A stretch of DNA of 51,232 nt from Sphingobacterium sp. UBA6711 (GCA_002454415.1 DKIT01000045.1:42122-93353); one strand, 5' to 3'. Counted from the first letter of the stretch, positions 10,234 through 19,069 are shown. Notes: generated by a model from the sequence alone, not told the origin. Numbers and translations: made by a program.

Positions 10234-10253
10234 TACTCAATCGTCATTAATGG

Positions 10254-13130
10254 TTAAAATTTCACTTGTAAAGCCAGTAATACATCGTATTGATTGCGAA
10301 AGGTCGTCACGCCTACCTTTTGACTAATGTAATTACCATTGACTCCGATGGAAGTGCGATAATTTATCGTACGCCTATATCCAGCCCCCACACTACGGCT
10401 CATAATACCACCTAGCTCTGGCAGCAGGATCAAGCGACTTCTGTCGTCTGGAGAAGTTCCCAGGCCAAAATTCGCCTGTAACAGATCGGCGTCTGTCAAT
10501 TCATATTTCGCTCCCGCCTGAAATGCGACATAAAAATCTTGCTGTTCGCGAATAGCAAATAATCGAGCATTGACCATAAAAGGATCAAAACTTTTGCTCG
10601 CTCCCGCGACGATCGAAAGCGCCCGTACATCAACGACCTCCAAAAGACGAGCACCGACCTCTCCCTCGAAACCTTTTCCGAGTTGCCGATAGAGCGAATA
10701 GGCCAATCTATACTTCGGCAACAGTACATTATTTGATATACCCACAGCTGCATTCCAGTAGAGCACTTTATTCGGTTTATAGGTCAAGTCAGCCTCTCCC
10801 ATTATGCCAGTTCCCGTTTGCCGCCCCGTAAATAATAGTTGTGCGCCATAACTGATCTTGGGGGATAATCTACGGCTGTAATATAGCGTAGCTATGCGGT
10901 AGGCTGGTGGCGCTGGAGCGTCTTCCACCCCTGAAAAGGTGCTATTTAGAAATGATAATCCAAAAGCATGCTGCATGGTTTTACTTCGTAAGAATGCTGC
11001 GTATTCCCGATGCTTGCGCTGGTCATAACGCTTAGCCAATGTATCCGCGTATTTCGTCGCTTCCACATACCTTTCCATACTATCCAATACGATCACCTTT
11101 CTCAACAGGAAAGGCTCGGCATATTCAAACTGTGCCAAAGCTACATCTACACTCTGCAAAGCCTCCGGAAACCTCCGCTTGGTCATCAGCAGGTTTGTTT
11201 TATTCAGATGCGCCGTAGAGTCAGCCGCATTACCCGCAAGAACCCGATCAAAACAATAGATCGCGCTATCCAACAATTGCTGTTTCTGATATCCCAGACC
11301 AGCTGCCATCCAGGCGTCCTGCACCATGGTCCGGTATTTCGGATTATAAGGATATTCATCCCGCAAAGCTGTTGCCACTTGAGCTGCCGCAGTATATTGG
11401 GCACTATTATGGAGAATAGCCGCTTTCTTCTGCAGAAATTCCCGATCACCGGGATAGCTGACCAAGGCCTGCTGAACAATGAGCAAAGCCTCGGTATAGC
11501 GCTTACGTAAATCCAAAATATTCGATAGGTAGTGTAGGGCCTCTTTATTATCCGTTTCCTCTGCCAGCAATGCACGTAGGTGAACCTCCGCTTCTTCATA
11601 CTCCTCAACAAGCATACAGGCATTGGCAGCGGCCAATTTTTGCTCCAAGTATAATGATTTGATTTTTGGGTTATTTGGATAGCGAGCATATAGCTCCGCA
11701 CTAAGCGATACAGCCTGTTGTATCTTGCCCGCTTGGGCTAGAAAACCAGCTTTTTTCAGCTTTAAGTCAAGATCACTCGGGTAATAATCGATAGCCTTAT
11801 CCACTTCCCTTAGTGCCAAACCAAGATTATTTTGTGCCAGTAGGCTTGATATCCGACCCTGAAGCGCTGAAAGGTTTCGTGCGTCAAGTCCAAGTACCGC
11901 ATCATAATAGACCATGGCGCTGTCGGGCTGTTGCTGCTGAAGATAGTAATTACCACACGCATTAACCAGCTGCAAGGCTTCCGACCTGAATTCTTTATCA
12001 TTATTGGCATCATACAGCTTGATCGCAAGATCCGCCGCGGTCTGATAGCGGCGTAGCTGAAATTCGAAATCCATTTTACGACGAAGTAATACGCGATCGC
12101 CCGCGTTGCGCTGCAAAGCACGATCGACCCAATAAAGGGCTTGCGTCGTCTCGCCGCGCGATGCCGCCATCCCAATCACTTTATCCAAAGCCTCCCTGTC
12201 TCCAGGATTTTGGTCCAAAATTGACTGATACAAGGAATAGGTATCGGTGTTTTGATAGTAGCTCGCGGCTTCCTTACGCAATGAGCTGTTCAAGCCGAGC
12301 GCTTTCTTATCTTTGGGATAATAGCGTAAAATTAAGCGCAAAACCTCCAGCGCCTCCGCATAACGGTTCGCCTCCTGCAATAAACCCAATTTCTGGTACA
12401 ATGCCGTATAGGATTTGCTATCACTATTTAAGATCGTATTTGTTTGCGCAATACGTGCGTCATAATCTCCTCCTTGTGTTACGATATTATTCATCTTTTC
12501 TACCAAGTCTTTATTTTTCGGAGCGAGTTCAAGTGCTTTTTCATAATAGGAGGTTGCTAGGTTTTCCATTTTGTTTTGTCTATACCAATCTGCTTTGGCC
12601 TCGTAGTGCCCAGCTATTGACAGTCGTACAGCACCATCGGTTGGAAAACGGCGCAGTAGGATTTGCGCCCATGAATCACCATCCTGATAACGCTTCAGGA
12701 TATCCAGTACATTGAGCTTTTTTATGCCAAAATCCTTGTTTGTCGTAAAACGGTTTAAGGCCATATCGGTATAACGTAAAGCCTCCGCAGGCCGATTTTT
12801 AGAGAGGTAAGAACCAATGATGTAATAATAAACATCCTCATACTCCGGCGCTGATCGAAGCACCAGCTGCGACGTCGCGATGGATTGATCATATCTTTTC
12901 AACGCCATGTATATCTTTGCCAATTGTACCTGTGCGTCTATATGCGCTGGATTAAGTTTGACCGCCTCTTCCAGTGACTTCAATGCTTTCGCTTGCTGTG
13001 TCGCTTTGATTTCCAAGACCGCTTGCTGATACAATTTTTCGGCCCGTACGGAACTCCAGGTCTGCGCATATACAGCATCTGTGGTCATGATATAAAAAAA
13101 GAACAGTGCAATAAGATGGTGGAACTTCAT
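10254..13130 (-). CDS. TPR-repeat protein with C-terminal YaiO-family outer-membrane beta-barrel (PgaA/BcsC-like exporter architecture)
   Basis: Sec signal (AYA-Q), about 690 aa of TPR-like helical repeats, last ~240 aa amphipathic beta-strands with G.G.SPDD and a terminal Phe. Confidence 0.85.
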   Translation of the reverse strand: MKFHHLIALFFFYIMTTDAVYAQTWSSVRAEKLYQQAVLEIKATQQAKALKSLEEAVKLNPAHIDAQVQLAKIYMALKRYDQSIATSQLVLRSAPEYEDVYYYIIGSYLSKNRPAEALRYTDMALNRFTTNKDFGIKKLNVLDILKRYQDGDSWAQILLRRFPTDGAVRLSIAGHYEAKADWYRQNKMENLATSYYEKALELAPKNKDLVEKMNNIVTQGGDYDARIAQTNTILNSDSKSYTALYQKLGLLQEANRYAEALEVLRLILRYYPKDKKALGLNSSLRKEAASYYQNTDTYSLYQSILDQNPGDREALDKVIGMAASRGETTQALYWVDRALQRNAGDRVLLRRKMDFEFQLRRYQTAADLAIKLYDANNDKEFRSEALQLVNACGNYYLQQQQPDSAMVYYDAVLGLDARNLSALQGRISSLLAQNNLGLALREVDKAIDYYPSDLDLKLKKAGFLAQAGKIQQAVSLSAELYARYPNNPKIKSLYLEQKLAAANACMLVEEYEEAEVHLRALLAEETDNKEALHYLSNILDLRKRYTEALLIVQQALVSYPGDREFLQKKAAILHNSAQYTAAAQVATALRDEYPYNPKYRTMVQDAWMAAGLGYQKQQLLDSAIYCFDRVLAGNAADSTAHLNKTNLLMTKRRFPEALQSVDVALAQFEYAEPFLLRKVIVLDSMERYVEATKYADTLAKRYDQRKHREYAAFLRSKTMQHAFGLSFLNSTFSGVEDAPAPPAYRIATLYYSRRLSPKISYGAQLLFTGRQTGTGIMGEADLTYKPNKVLYWNAAVGISNNVLLPKYRLAYSLYRQLGKGFEGEVGARLLEVVDVRALSIVAGASKSFDPFMVNARLFAIREQQDFYVAFQAGAKYELTDADLLQANFGLGTSPDDRSRLILLPELGGIMSRSVGAGYRRTINYRTSIGVNGNYISQKVGVTTFRNQYDVLLALQVKF

Positions 13131-13136
13131 GATCTA

Positions 13137-14645
13137 TTATGCTTGGTTTTTAACAGTTGATTTTTGGGGAGCAAATCCTTTTCTTTGCATATTTCCCCAA
13201 ACCAATTTTTGTTTGAAAATGGATTGAACATACCCTTTGATACTAAAGAATACAATTAAGGGATGATAGATAAATGGTTCGGCGAAGGCCGTCAAACAAA
13301 GGCCGATCACTTCGCTTGTTTTTCGATAATGCCTCTCTGTCAATTGATCCCAAAGTACAGCAATTGAGCTAACGAGCACAGAGAACATATATAAAAAGGC
13401 AAGAAGCGTAAATGTATTCTCCCACATTATCGCACCAATAATGATCAAATAAATATAAAAGAGCAGTCCGAGCACTTCGAATATGGGCGCCAAAAATTCA
13501 AACAGGAAATTGTATGGAAAAACAATTAGTCCCAAACGTTTAAACTTAAAATTGAACAGCACATGACGATGCAGGAGCATAATCTGTATTAGCCCCCGGG
13601 CCCAGCGCACGCGTTGTCGGCTAAAGACGGGTAGCGTTTGCGGCCCTTCGGTCCAGCATAATGATACCGGAATATAACGTATGGCGTATTTATGGTTATT
13701 TTGGATCATATAAACACTCATGCGCGTGACCATGTCTATATCTTCCGCAAAAGATCTTGGATCATATCCCCCGACTTTGACAGCAATGTTTTTGTCAAAA
13801 AGCCCCAGACCTCCCGAAACGTTGGGGACACAATTTACAGCGCTCCAGGCCATTTTTGAAAGGAGGTAAGCTCTAATATATTCAAGCTCCTGAAAACGTG
13901 GGAGTACTTTATGCGGAGGTTTGAAACGTGTAATTACGCCATTGTCCACTTCCGATGAATTGATCATACGCAAGGGAGCCCCTACCGCAATGACACGACG
14001 TTGATTATTCTCCACATGAATGTAACCGGTATCCGGTATGACCTGTATATCTTTGAGTCGGCTTTTATTTTTCTCGTCGAGGATGGGACGCATGAGTCTG
14101 GACAACGTATCCTCATGCAAGATGCAATCCACATCGGTACAAAGAAAATAATCAAATTTTGACGCGTTGATGCCCGCATTTGATGCATCGGCCTTTCCCT
14201 TGCCATTTTCCTTGTCAATCACCAGCAGCTTGTCATACGCGCGGTTGCTTGACCGAAAAAAACGTTTGACCGCTTTTGTCTTTATCTTTTCATTGTAAGG
14301 CAGATCCACTTCACGCAATTCAAAATGGTCGACCAGCTTTTCCAATGTATCATCCGTACTCCCATCGTTGACGATAATAACTTCGTATAAAGGATAGTTC
14401 AAGTGCATCAATGCGTACACATTATCAATAATCGTTAAGCCTTCGTTAAAGGCTGGAGCGATCACTGATATCCCCGGAGATAAAGGGCTGGAAATTACAT
14501 TTTGTGTATAATGTTCCCGATTCCTTCGCTGATACAGCATAATTCCCTTATACGACAGTATTGCCATGATGACATAAATCACCATGGTCAGGCTACTATA
14601 GGAAAATATAAAAAGTTGGAAAACGTCGATTATCTGTTGAATCAT
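13137..14645 (-). CDS. Processive GT2 glycosyltransferase (PgaC/IcaA-like polysaccharide synthase)
   Basis: PAFNE, NDGSTD, GKA, DVD, AED and QRVRW motifs; one N-terminal and about three C-terminal TM helices. Confidence 0.92.
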   Translation of the reverse strand: MIQQIIDVFQLFIFSYSSLTMVIYVIMAILSYKGIMLYQRRNREHYTQNVISSPLSPGISVIAPAFNEGLTIIDNVYALMHLNYPLYEVIIVNDGSTDDTLEKLVDHFELREVDLPYNEKIKTKAVKRFFRSSNRAYDKLLVIDKENGKGKADASNAGINASKFDYFLCTDVDCILHEDTLSRLMRPILDEKNKSRLKDIQVIPDTGYIHVENNQRRVIAVGAPLRMINSSEVDNGVITRFKPPHKVLPRFQELEYIRAYLLSKMAWSAVNCVPNVSGGLGLFDKNIAVKVGGYDPRSFAEDIDMVTRMSVYMIQNNHKYAIRYIPVSLCWTEGPQTLPVFSRQRVRWARGLIQIMLLHRHVLFNFKFKRLGLIVFPYNFLFEFLAPIFEVLGLLFYIYLIIIGAIMWENTFTLLAFLYMFSVLVSSIAVLWDQLTERHYRKTSEVIGLCLTAFAEPFIYHPLIVFFSIKGYVQSIFKQKLVWGNMQRKGFAPQKSTVKNQA

Positions 14646-14655
14646 TTTTTAAATG

Positions 14656-15735
14656 TTATTGTTCGTGCAGGTAATAATTTAAAATACGTTGTTTGCGTGG
14701 CAGCAGTTGTGATGGGCTCCATTTCAATTGGTCGTTACGCATTAGCCTAGCCAATATTGCCGCGACATGATTTTCAATTTCAAAATCAAAAGCGGACTGA
14801 AATTGGTCAGTAAGGAATTCCATCGCTCTCACTGTTCGGAACATTCCCAGCGAAAAAAGAATCTCACACTGACAGTCTACAGGTTGGTTGGGATACATCT
14901 TGATTAAAGCATCCTGCGTGTGTACGGCTTTTAAATGTCCCAGGGCGTTTATCGCGTGCGAACGCAAGGCATGATCGTTCACATTAAGTAATCCTTCGAT
15001 ACTATCAATTGCTTCAACACTGTGTTCGTGCGCCGCGAGTTTCATACAACAAATGACGACTGTTTTGTTTCGCGAATAGCGGATCCAGTTTGCGAAGTTA
15101 GATTTCACCGTATCCCTTGACTGTTCCAGAATTCTGAAAAAGCCAATCAGCTCCCAAATGCTCAAGGGATCTCTCACTTCGTCGAAGAAGCGGAAAGGTT
15201 CATTTTTGCTGAAGCGCATAAAAGCACTTCGTGCCGCGGAGCGTAGTTCGGAGACTTCACTTAGATTGAACCGTAGAATATCGATATCGGAAATGGCGTA
15301 ATCCATCAAGGTCAGTTCATGCAAACCTTGTACATTCCGATACCAGTTGCGCGATTTCATCTTTTGGAGGGAATCTAGGTTCAGCCCCAGCAGCACATAG
15401 ATGCGATGAAGAAAGAGCGCATTTGTACCAGCTACATGCCATCGAAGCCGTATTAGCGTATCGATCAATGTCTGGCGATTACGTTTATTCATGAGGGCCA
15501 GTTCGTCCAATAAGGATTGATCAATGGATACCGACAGCTCATCTGCCCCCCTTTCTTCTACAAATTGTGGTAGAATCCGTTCTTCGATCAGTTGATTGAG
15601 TTTCAATTGTCTGCGCTGTGCTTGAACGCTACGGAAGCGCAGTATCATGATGATTACGTAGGTAACAAAAGTTCCTAAAAAAGAAGTTGCTACAATACAT
15701 TGAATGACGAATATAAACGTCTGATCTACTGTCAT
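14656..15735 (-). CDS. Membrane-anchored HEAT-repeat protein
   Basis: N-terminal TM helix followed by HEAT-like repeats (LRSAARSA, LRSHAINALGHL, ILFSLG); directly upstream of the GT2. Confidence 0.75.
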   Translation of the reverse strand: MTVDQTFIFVIQCIVATSFLGTFVTYVIIMILRFRSVQAQRRQLKLNQLIEERILPQFVEERGADELSVSIDQSLLDELALMNKRNRQTLIDTLIRLRWHVAGTNALFLHRIYVLLGLNLDSLQKMKSRNWYRNVQGLHELTLMDYAISDIDILRFNLSEVSELRSAARSAFMRFSKNEPFRFFDEVRDPLSIWELIGFFRILEQSRDTVKSNFANWIRYSRNKTVVICCMKLAAHEHSVEAIDSIEGLLNVNDHALRSHAINALGHLKAVHTQDALIKMYPNQPVDCQCEILFSLGMFRTVRAMEFLTDQFQSAFDFEIENHVAAILARLMRNDQLKWSPSQLLPRKQRILNYYLHEQ

Positions 15736-15738
15736 ATT

Positions 15739-16755
15739 TTAGTTTTCAGCACTTGCTACCCTTGTTTGTATATTTCCAATATCAATACCGAGTGGTGTTT
15801 TGCCTTCGTTCAGTATATATCGCATGGAGTTCAGGAGATATCCTTTAACAGCGAGAGATTCTGGCTGATCGACAATCTGAATTCCAGCGATATCACCAAA
15901 TTCATCCAGAATGCAGTCGACGAGATCACCGTAATGCGCTCCCCCACCACAAAGGAATATTCGATTTGTCTTGGCCAGATTCCTATCGTTTACGACGTCG
16001 CTTAGTGTGGGAGATACTATTTCAGCATAATAGGTTTGTATGGCTTTTTTGCGGAGGCTGGTCAAATCAATTTTTTTTCTATTGATATAGATGTATCCAT
16101 TTCGAAAAGCTTCATCCAGCTGTTGCATACTCTGGAAAGAAAGGTCGTAAGTCTGTTGGAGATGTTCGCGCATGATACTTACGGCATAATGCAAACCAGG
16201 CGCACTTCCCATGGCATTGTCTATAACACCTTCATCTGTGCTTAAACCAGTTTCTAATGTTCCAAAGCCGAAACTAAACACAAAGAAAGCGCCCCTTTCG
16301 CAGCTTTCACCTCTGCGCAGCGCCACCATACAACTCACTATTTCAGGAAGGACATCTACATGCGTCACATTAACAGGCAAAATACCTGTTCCTTCCTCAC
16401 CATATACGACCGGATCAGATTCAATGATATGTTCTCCAAGAAGCATCTGTTCCGCCGTTTCCTTATATAGCCGGTAAGTACTATTAGGTAATCCCATCGT
16501 CACGATGAGCGGGCTTTGTGAATGAATACCGCTGCTCAGGAGTGCCGCTTTAAAAAGCAGTTGACATTCCAGTGTTTCCGGCGACGCATTGATCGTCCGT
16601 CTTGGATTTGTTCCTTCATTTAGGGCAAGTTTACCACAGATATACCATTGTTGTCCTATCCGGATCTTCAATCCGGTCAAGAGCGAATTTGCCGTATTTA
16701 CCAAAGGCGCATTTGTTGCCTGCATCAGGCTTGAAAATGATTGTATCGTATACAT
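15739..16755 (-). CDS. ParM/StbA-family actin-like ATPase, apparently circularly permuted
   Basis: VTMGLP, VLPE (connect 1), SFGFGTLE (phosphate 2), LCGGGA (adenosine), QPESLAVKGY (connect 2), with phosphate-1-like LGIDIGNIQTR at the C-terminus. Confidence 0.8.
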   Translation of the reverse strand: MYTIQSFSSLMQATNAPLVNTANSLLTGLKIRIGQQWYICGKLALNEGTNPRRTINASPETLECQLLFKAALLSSGIHSQSPLIVTMGLPNSTYRLYKETAEQMLLGEHIIESDPVVYGEEGTGILPVNVTHVDVLPEIVSCMVALRRGESCERGAFFVFSFGFGTLETGLSTDEGVIDNAMGSAPGLHYAVSIMREHLQQTYDLSFQSMQQLDEAFRNGYIYINRKKIDLTSLRKKAIQTYYAEIVSPTLSDVVNDRNLAKTNRIFLCGGGAHYGDLVDCILDEFGDIAGIQIVDQPESLAVKGYLLNSMRYILNEGKTPLGIDIGNIQTRVASAEN

Positions 16756-16782
16756 ATTATTTTTATCCTTTTATCCAAAGTT

Positions 16783-17439
16783 TTACCACCATCTTTTGCA
16801 TGAGCCTAACGTATCGTTTTGCTTGATCTCCGTTAAGATCTCATTAACCGGTATTTGTTCCATCCCAGGGACTTCTTGAATGGCAGTCATTTCTTCCCGT
16901 GCGACGAATTCCGCTACAGCAAGATCATGTATTGCGGTCTCCGCCATGGTTTCAACTTTTTTTTCTTTCCCTGGTATCTCCAACGCCAATTCCTGCTCAT
17001 CTTCCAACATGTGCTCAGCTCGTTCCAGCGGTGATTCCTCCTCGTCTCTCATCATGTGCTCAACCCGTTCCAGCAGCTTTCCGACAACAAGCGGCTTCTT
17101 AAAACAATCCTCACGCACAATTTCCAATCCCTCCCTGATATGCAGATAACTCATATTTGAGGTAATGATTGTCTTTGTCGCAGGCGATTCTTTCATGATT
17201 TTGTTCACAATCTCATATCCATTCGCATATTGCATATGCATTTCAGTGATTACAATATCATATTGATAATCCTTCGCTTCCAACAAAGCAAACGCTTCTT
17301 TTCCACTGGCGGCTGAATCCAACCGAAACGATGGATTCGAAAAAAGATTGGAAATTATTTTTCGCATCAGCAGATCGCTATCGGCATGCAATACCGAAAA
17401 CACCCTGGATTCTTCAGGTTTGAGATTATGAATTTGCAT
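16783..17439 (-). CDS. Atypical single-domain response regulator (pseudo-receiver) with acidic C-terminal tail
   Basis: Receiver pattern (A.SGKEA, DIVITEMHM, NGYE, KKP) with Glu at the phospho-acceptor position. Confidence 0.8.
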   Translation of the reverse strand: MQIHNLKPEESRVFSVLHADSDLLMRKIISNLFSNPSFRLDSAASGKEAFALLEAKDYQYDIVITEMHMQYANGYEIVNKIMKESPATKTIITSNMSYLHIREGLEIVREDCFKKPLVVGKLLERVEHMMRDEEESPLERAEHMLEDEQELALEIPGKEKKVETMAETAIHDLAVAEFVAREEMTAIQEVPGMEQIPVNEILTEIKQNDTLGSCKRWW

Positions 17440-17482
17440 ACTTTGAATTAAATAGATTAAGTTGCTTTAAAAAATGGCTTCA

Positions 17483-17490
17483 CAAACTTA
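17483..17490 (-). promoter_or_regulatory. Bacteroidota -7 promoter element (TAAGTTTG) for the GT2 operon
   Basis: Exact TAnnTTTG match 43 bp upstream of the first ATG. Confidence 0.65.
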
Positions 17491-17512
17491 AAAATCCAAA
17501 GAGAGGTTTTAC

Positions 17513-17528
17513 CCACCCTAAAGGGTGG
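17513..17528. promoter_or_regulatory. 7-2-7 inverted repeat CCACCCT-AA-AGGGTGG, candidate NarL/LuxR binding site
   Basis: Perfect heptamer inverted repeat centred ~30 bp upstream of the -7 element, next to a NarL-family gene. Confidence 0.6.
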
Positions 17529-17616
17529 TTTTTCAGAAACAATTAACTAATGACTATGTGATTATCGATTAGAAAGAATGGGGATCCTATTAGCTAGAAA
17601 TAGTCTTAACGGGGAA

Positions 17617-18270
17617 TTAAGAAGGCCTATTATATTTCAACATCAATTCGGCCCGACTATTGATCTGCAGCTTACCATAAATATTACGGATATGGTATTT
17701 CACGGTATCCATACTAATAAAAGCCATCTCTGCTACTTTTTTGTATGAATACCCTTGTTGAAGTAGGGATACAATTTCTATCTCACGTGGGGTCAATTGT
17801 TCTTTCCGTTTAACATCGTTTTTGGGGTTTAAAGCCGGATTGAAGTGGGCGATGACTAACCGTGCCACCTGCGGGCTCATCACCGATCCACCTTTCATCA
17901 CCTCAATCAATAGTTGGTGCATTTGCGGTAGAGGGGTACTTTTAAGCAAATAGCCGGATGCTCCGGCACACAAGGCCTGAAAAACATGTTCCCTGTCATC
18001 AAACACTGTAAACATAACAATTTGAATATGTGCATATTTTCGTTTGACAAACCAGGCAATCTCTATTCCATTTTTATTGGGTAAACCAATATCACAAAGT
18101 AGCAAATCCAAGGATTCAGGCTTCCAAGGTTGCGAAAGGAGTTCATCAAAGTCCTGTGCAATTGCTACAAGCTTAAATTGTGCTATATTTTCAAAGTAAG
18201 CTTTTAAGGATTCCAATACAGGCATTCGATCCTCAACAATGGCGATTTTATATTTTTTTGAATTTGGCAT
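17617..18270 (-). CDS. NarL/FixJ-family response regulator (REC + LuxR HTH)
   Basis: IVED, LCDIGLP, GASGYLLK and LTPREIEI...TVKYHIRNIYGKLQI. ATG at 18270 preferred over TTG at 18294. Confidence 0.95.
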   Translation of the reverse strand: MPNSKKYKIAIVEDRMPVLESLKAYFENIAQFKLVAIAQDFDELLSQPWKPESLDLLLCDIGLPNKNGIEIAWFVKRKYAHIQIVMFTVFDDREHVFQALCAGASGYLLKSTPLPQMHQLLIEVMKGGSVMSPQVARLVIAHFNPALNPKNDVKRKEQLTPREIEIVSLLQQGYSYKKVAEMAFISMDTVKYHIRNIYGKLQINSRAELMLKYNRPS

Positions 18271-18287
18271 AGCTGAAATAATTTTGA

Positions 18288-19064
18288 TTAACAATTCGAT
18301 TTTCTAGCGAATCTGACTTTCCTAACAGCGTCTACAATAAACCATATACTGAATAGCATATAACAAAAGCTTACCCAGACCAGTTTGTCTAAACTTTTAA
18401 GGATATAGGCTTCTTGTACCGTATTAAAAATTATGGCGACAACCATACTACATTGCAATAAAAGGTAAGCCGTATAAATATTATTAAAGCGTTTAACCTC
18501 ATTTTTAACTTCCTTTTTGATTCCTTCGGTGATATAAAGCATTCGCCATTGCCCAATTGCATAAGCTATTGCTAAAGAAAAGCGTAAAATATAGTGCAGT
18601 TTTTGGTCTACGAAGCCAAAGCTGTGTTTAAACCCCATAGGAATATCTTCTACGAGCATTTTTAAAAACTCTTTTTTTTGCTCGGTGGGGATTAAGGCGT
18701 AAGGTATAACATCTATCAAACCAAAGAAAAAAGGGAGAAGATGTATTCCCCAATACTTTGGCCATGGAGCGAACGGCTGTAATTTTAAGCGCACATAAAA
18801 ATAAAAACAAGGCGCGACGAGGTAGTAAAAAGGAATACCCTTATTATATATGCGGGGGTAGAATTGTATTTCACCCGTATAAATCATACAGTAGATAAAG
18901 ACATGCCAAATAAGTGCCATAACACCGATACAAAGCAGCAAATTGCTTTGGTCTTTGTTTATTTTGTAGAGTAAAACACGGAGGATTAATCCCATTAAAC
19001 AGATGACACCACCTATTAGCGCGAAGCTTATACTGATCCAAAATTGTATACTTGCAAAAGCCAT
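18288..19064 (-). CDS. Multi-pass (about 7 TM) membrane protein resembling the sensor half of Bacteroidota membrane AraC regulators, with no HTH
   Basis: Seven hydrophobic segments and P.FYFYVR...IHLLPF pattern; ends right after the last TM. Confidence 0.65.
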   Translation of the reverse strand: MAFASIQFWISISFALIGGVICLMGLILRVLLYKINKDQSNLLLCIGVMALIWHVFIYCMIYTGEIQFYPRIYNKGIPFYYLVAPCFYFYVRLKLQPFAPWPKYWGIHLLPFFFGLIDVIPYALIPTEQKKEFLKMLVEDIPMGFKHSFGFVDQKLHYILRFSLAIAYAIGQWRMLYITEGIKKEVKNEVKRFNNIYTAYLLLQCSMVVAIIFNTVQEAYILKSLDKLVWVSFCYMLFSIWFIVDAVRKVRFARKSNC

Positions 19065-19069
19065 ATTGG

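Noticed and set aside
12161..12715. 184-aa plus-strand ORF and similar antisense ORFs (11010-11510, 28766-29368, 34559-35092, 40478-41011)
   Set aside because: They lie wholly opposite well-supported genes and have no recognisable motifs; shadow ORFs.
15739..16755. ParM-like gene as a sign of a plasmid, prophage or ICE partition cassette
   Set aside because: No ParR-like small gene, centromere repeats, rep, integrase or att sites; the gene is tightly embedded in a glycosyltransferase operon.
16756..16782. Missed upstream start that would restore an N-terminal phosphate-1 motif
   Set aside because: An in-frame TAA at 16771-16773 lies six codons upstream of the ATG.
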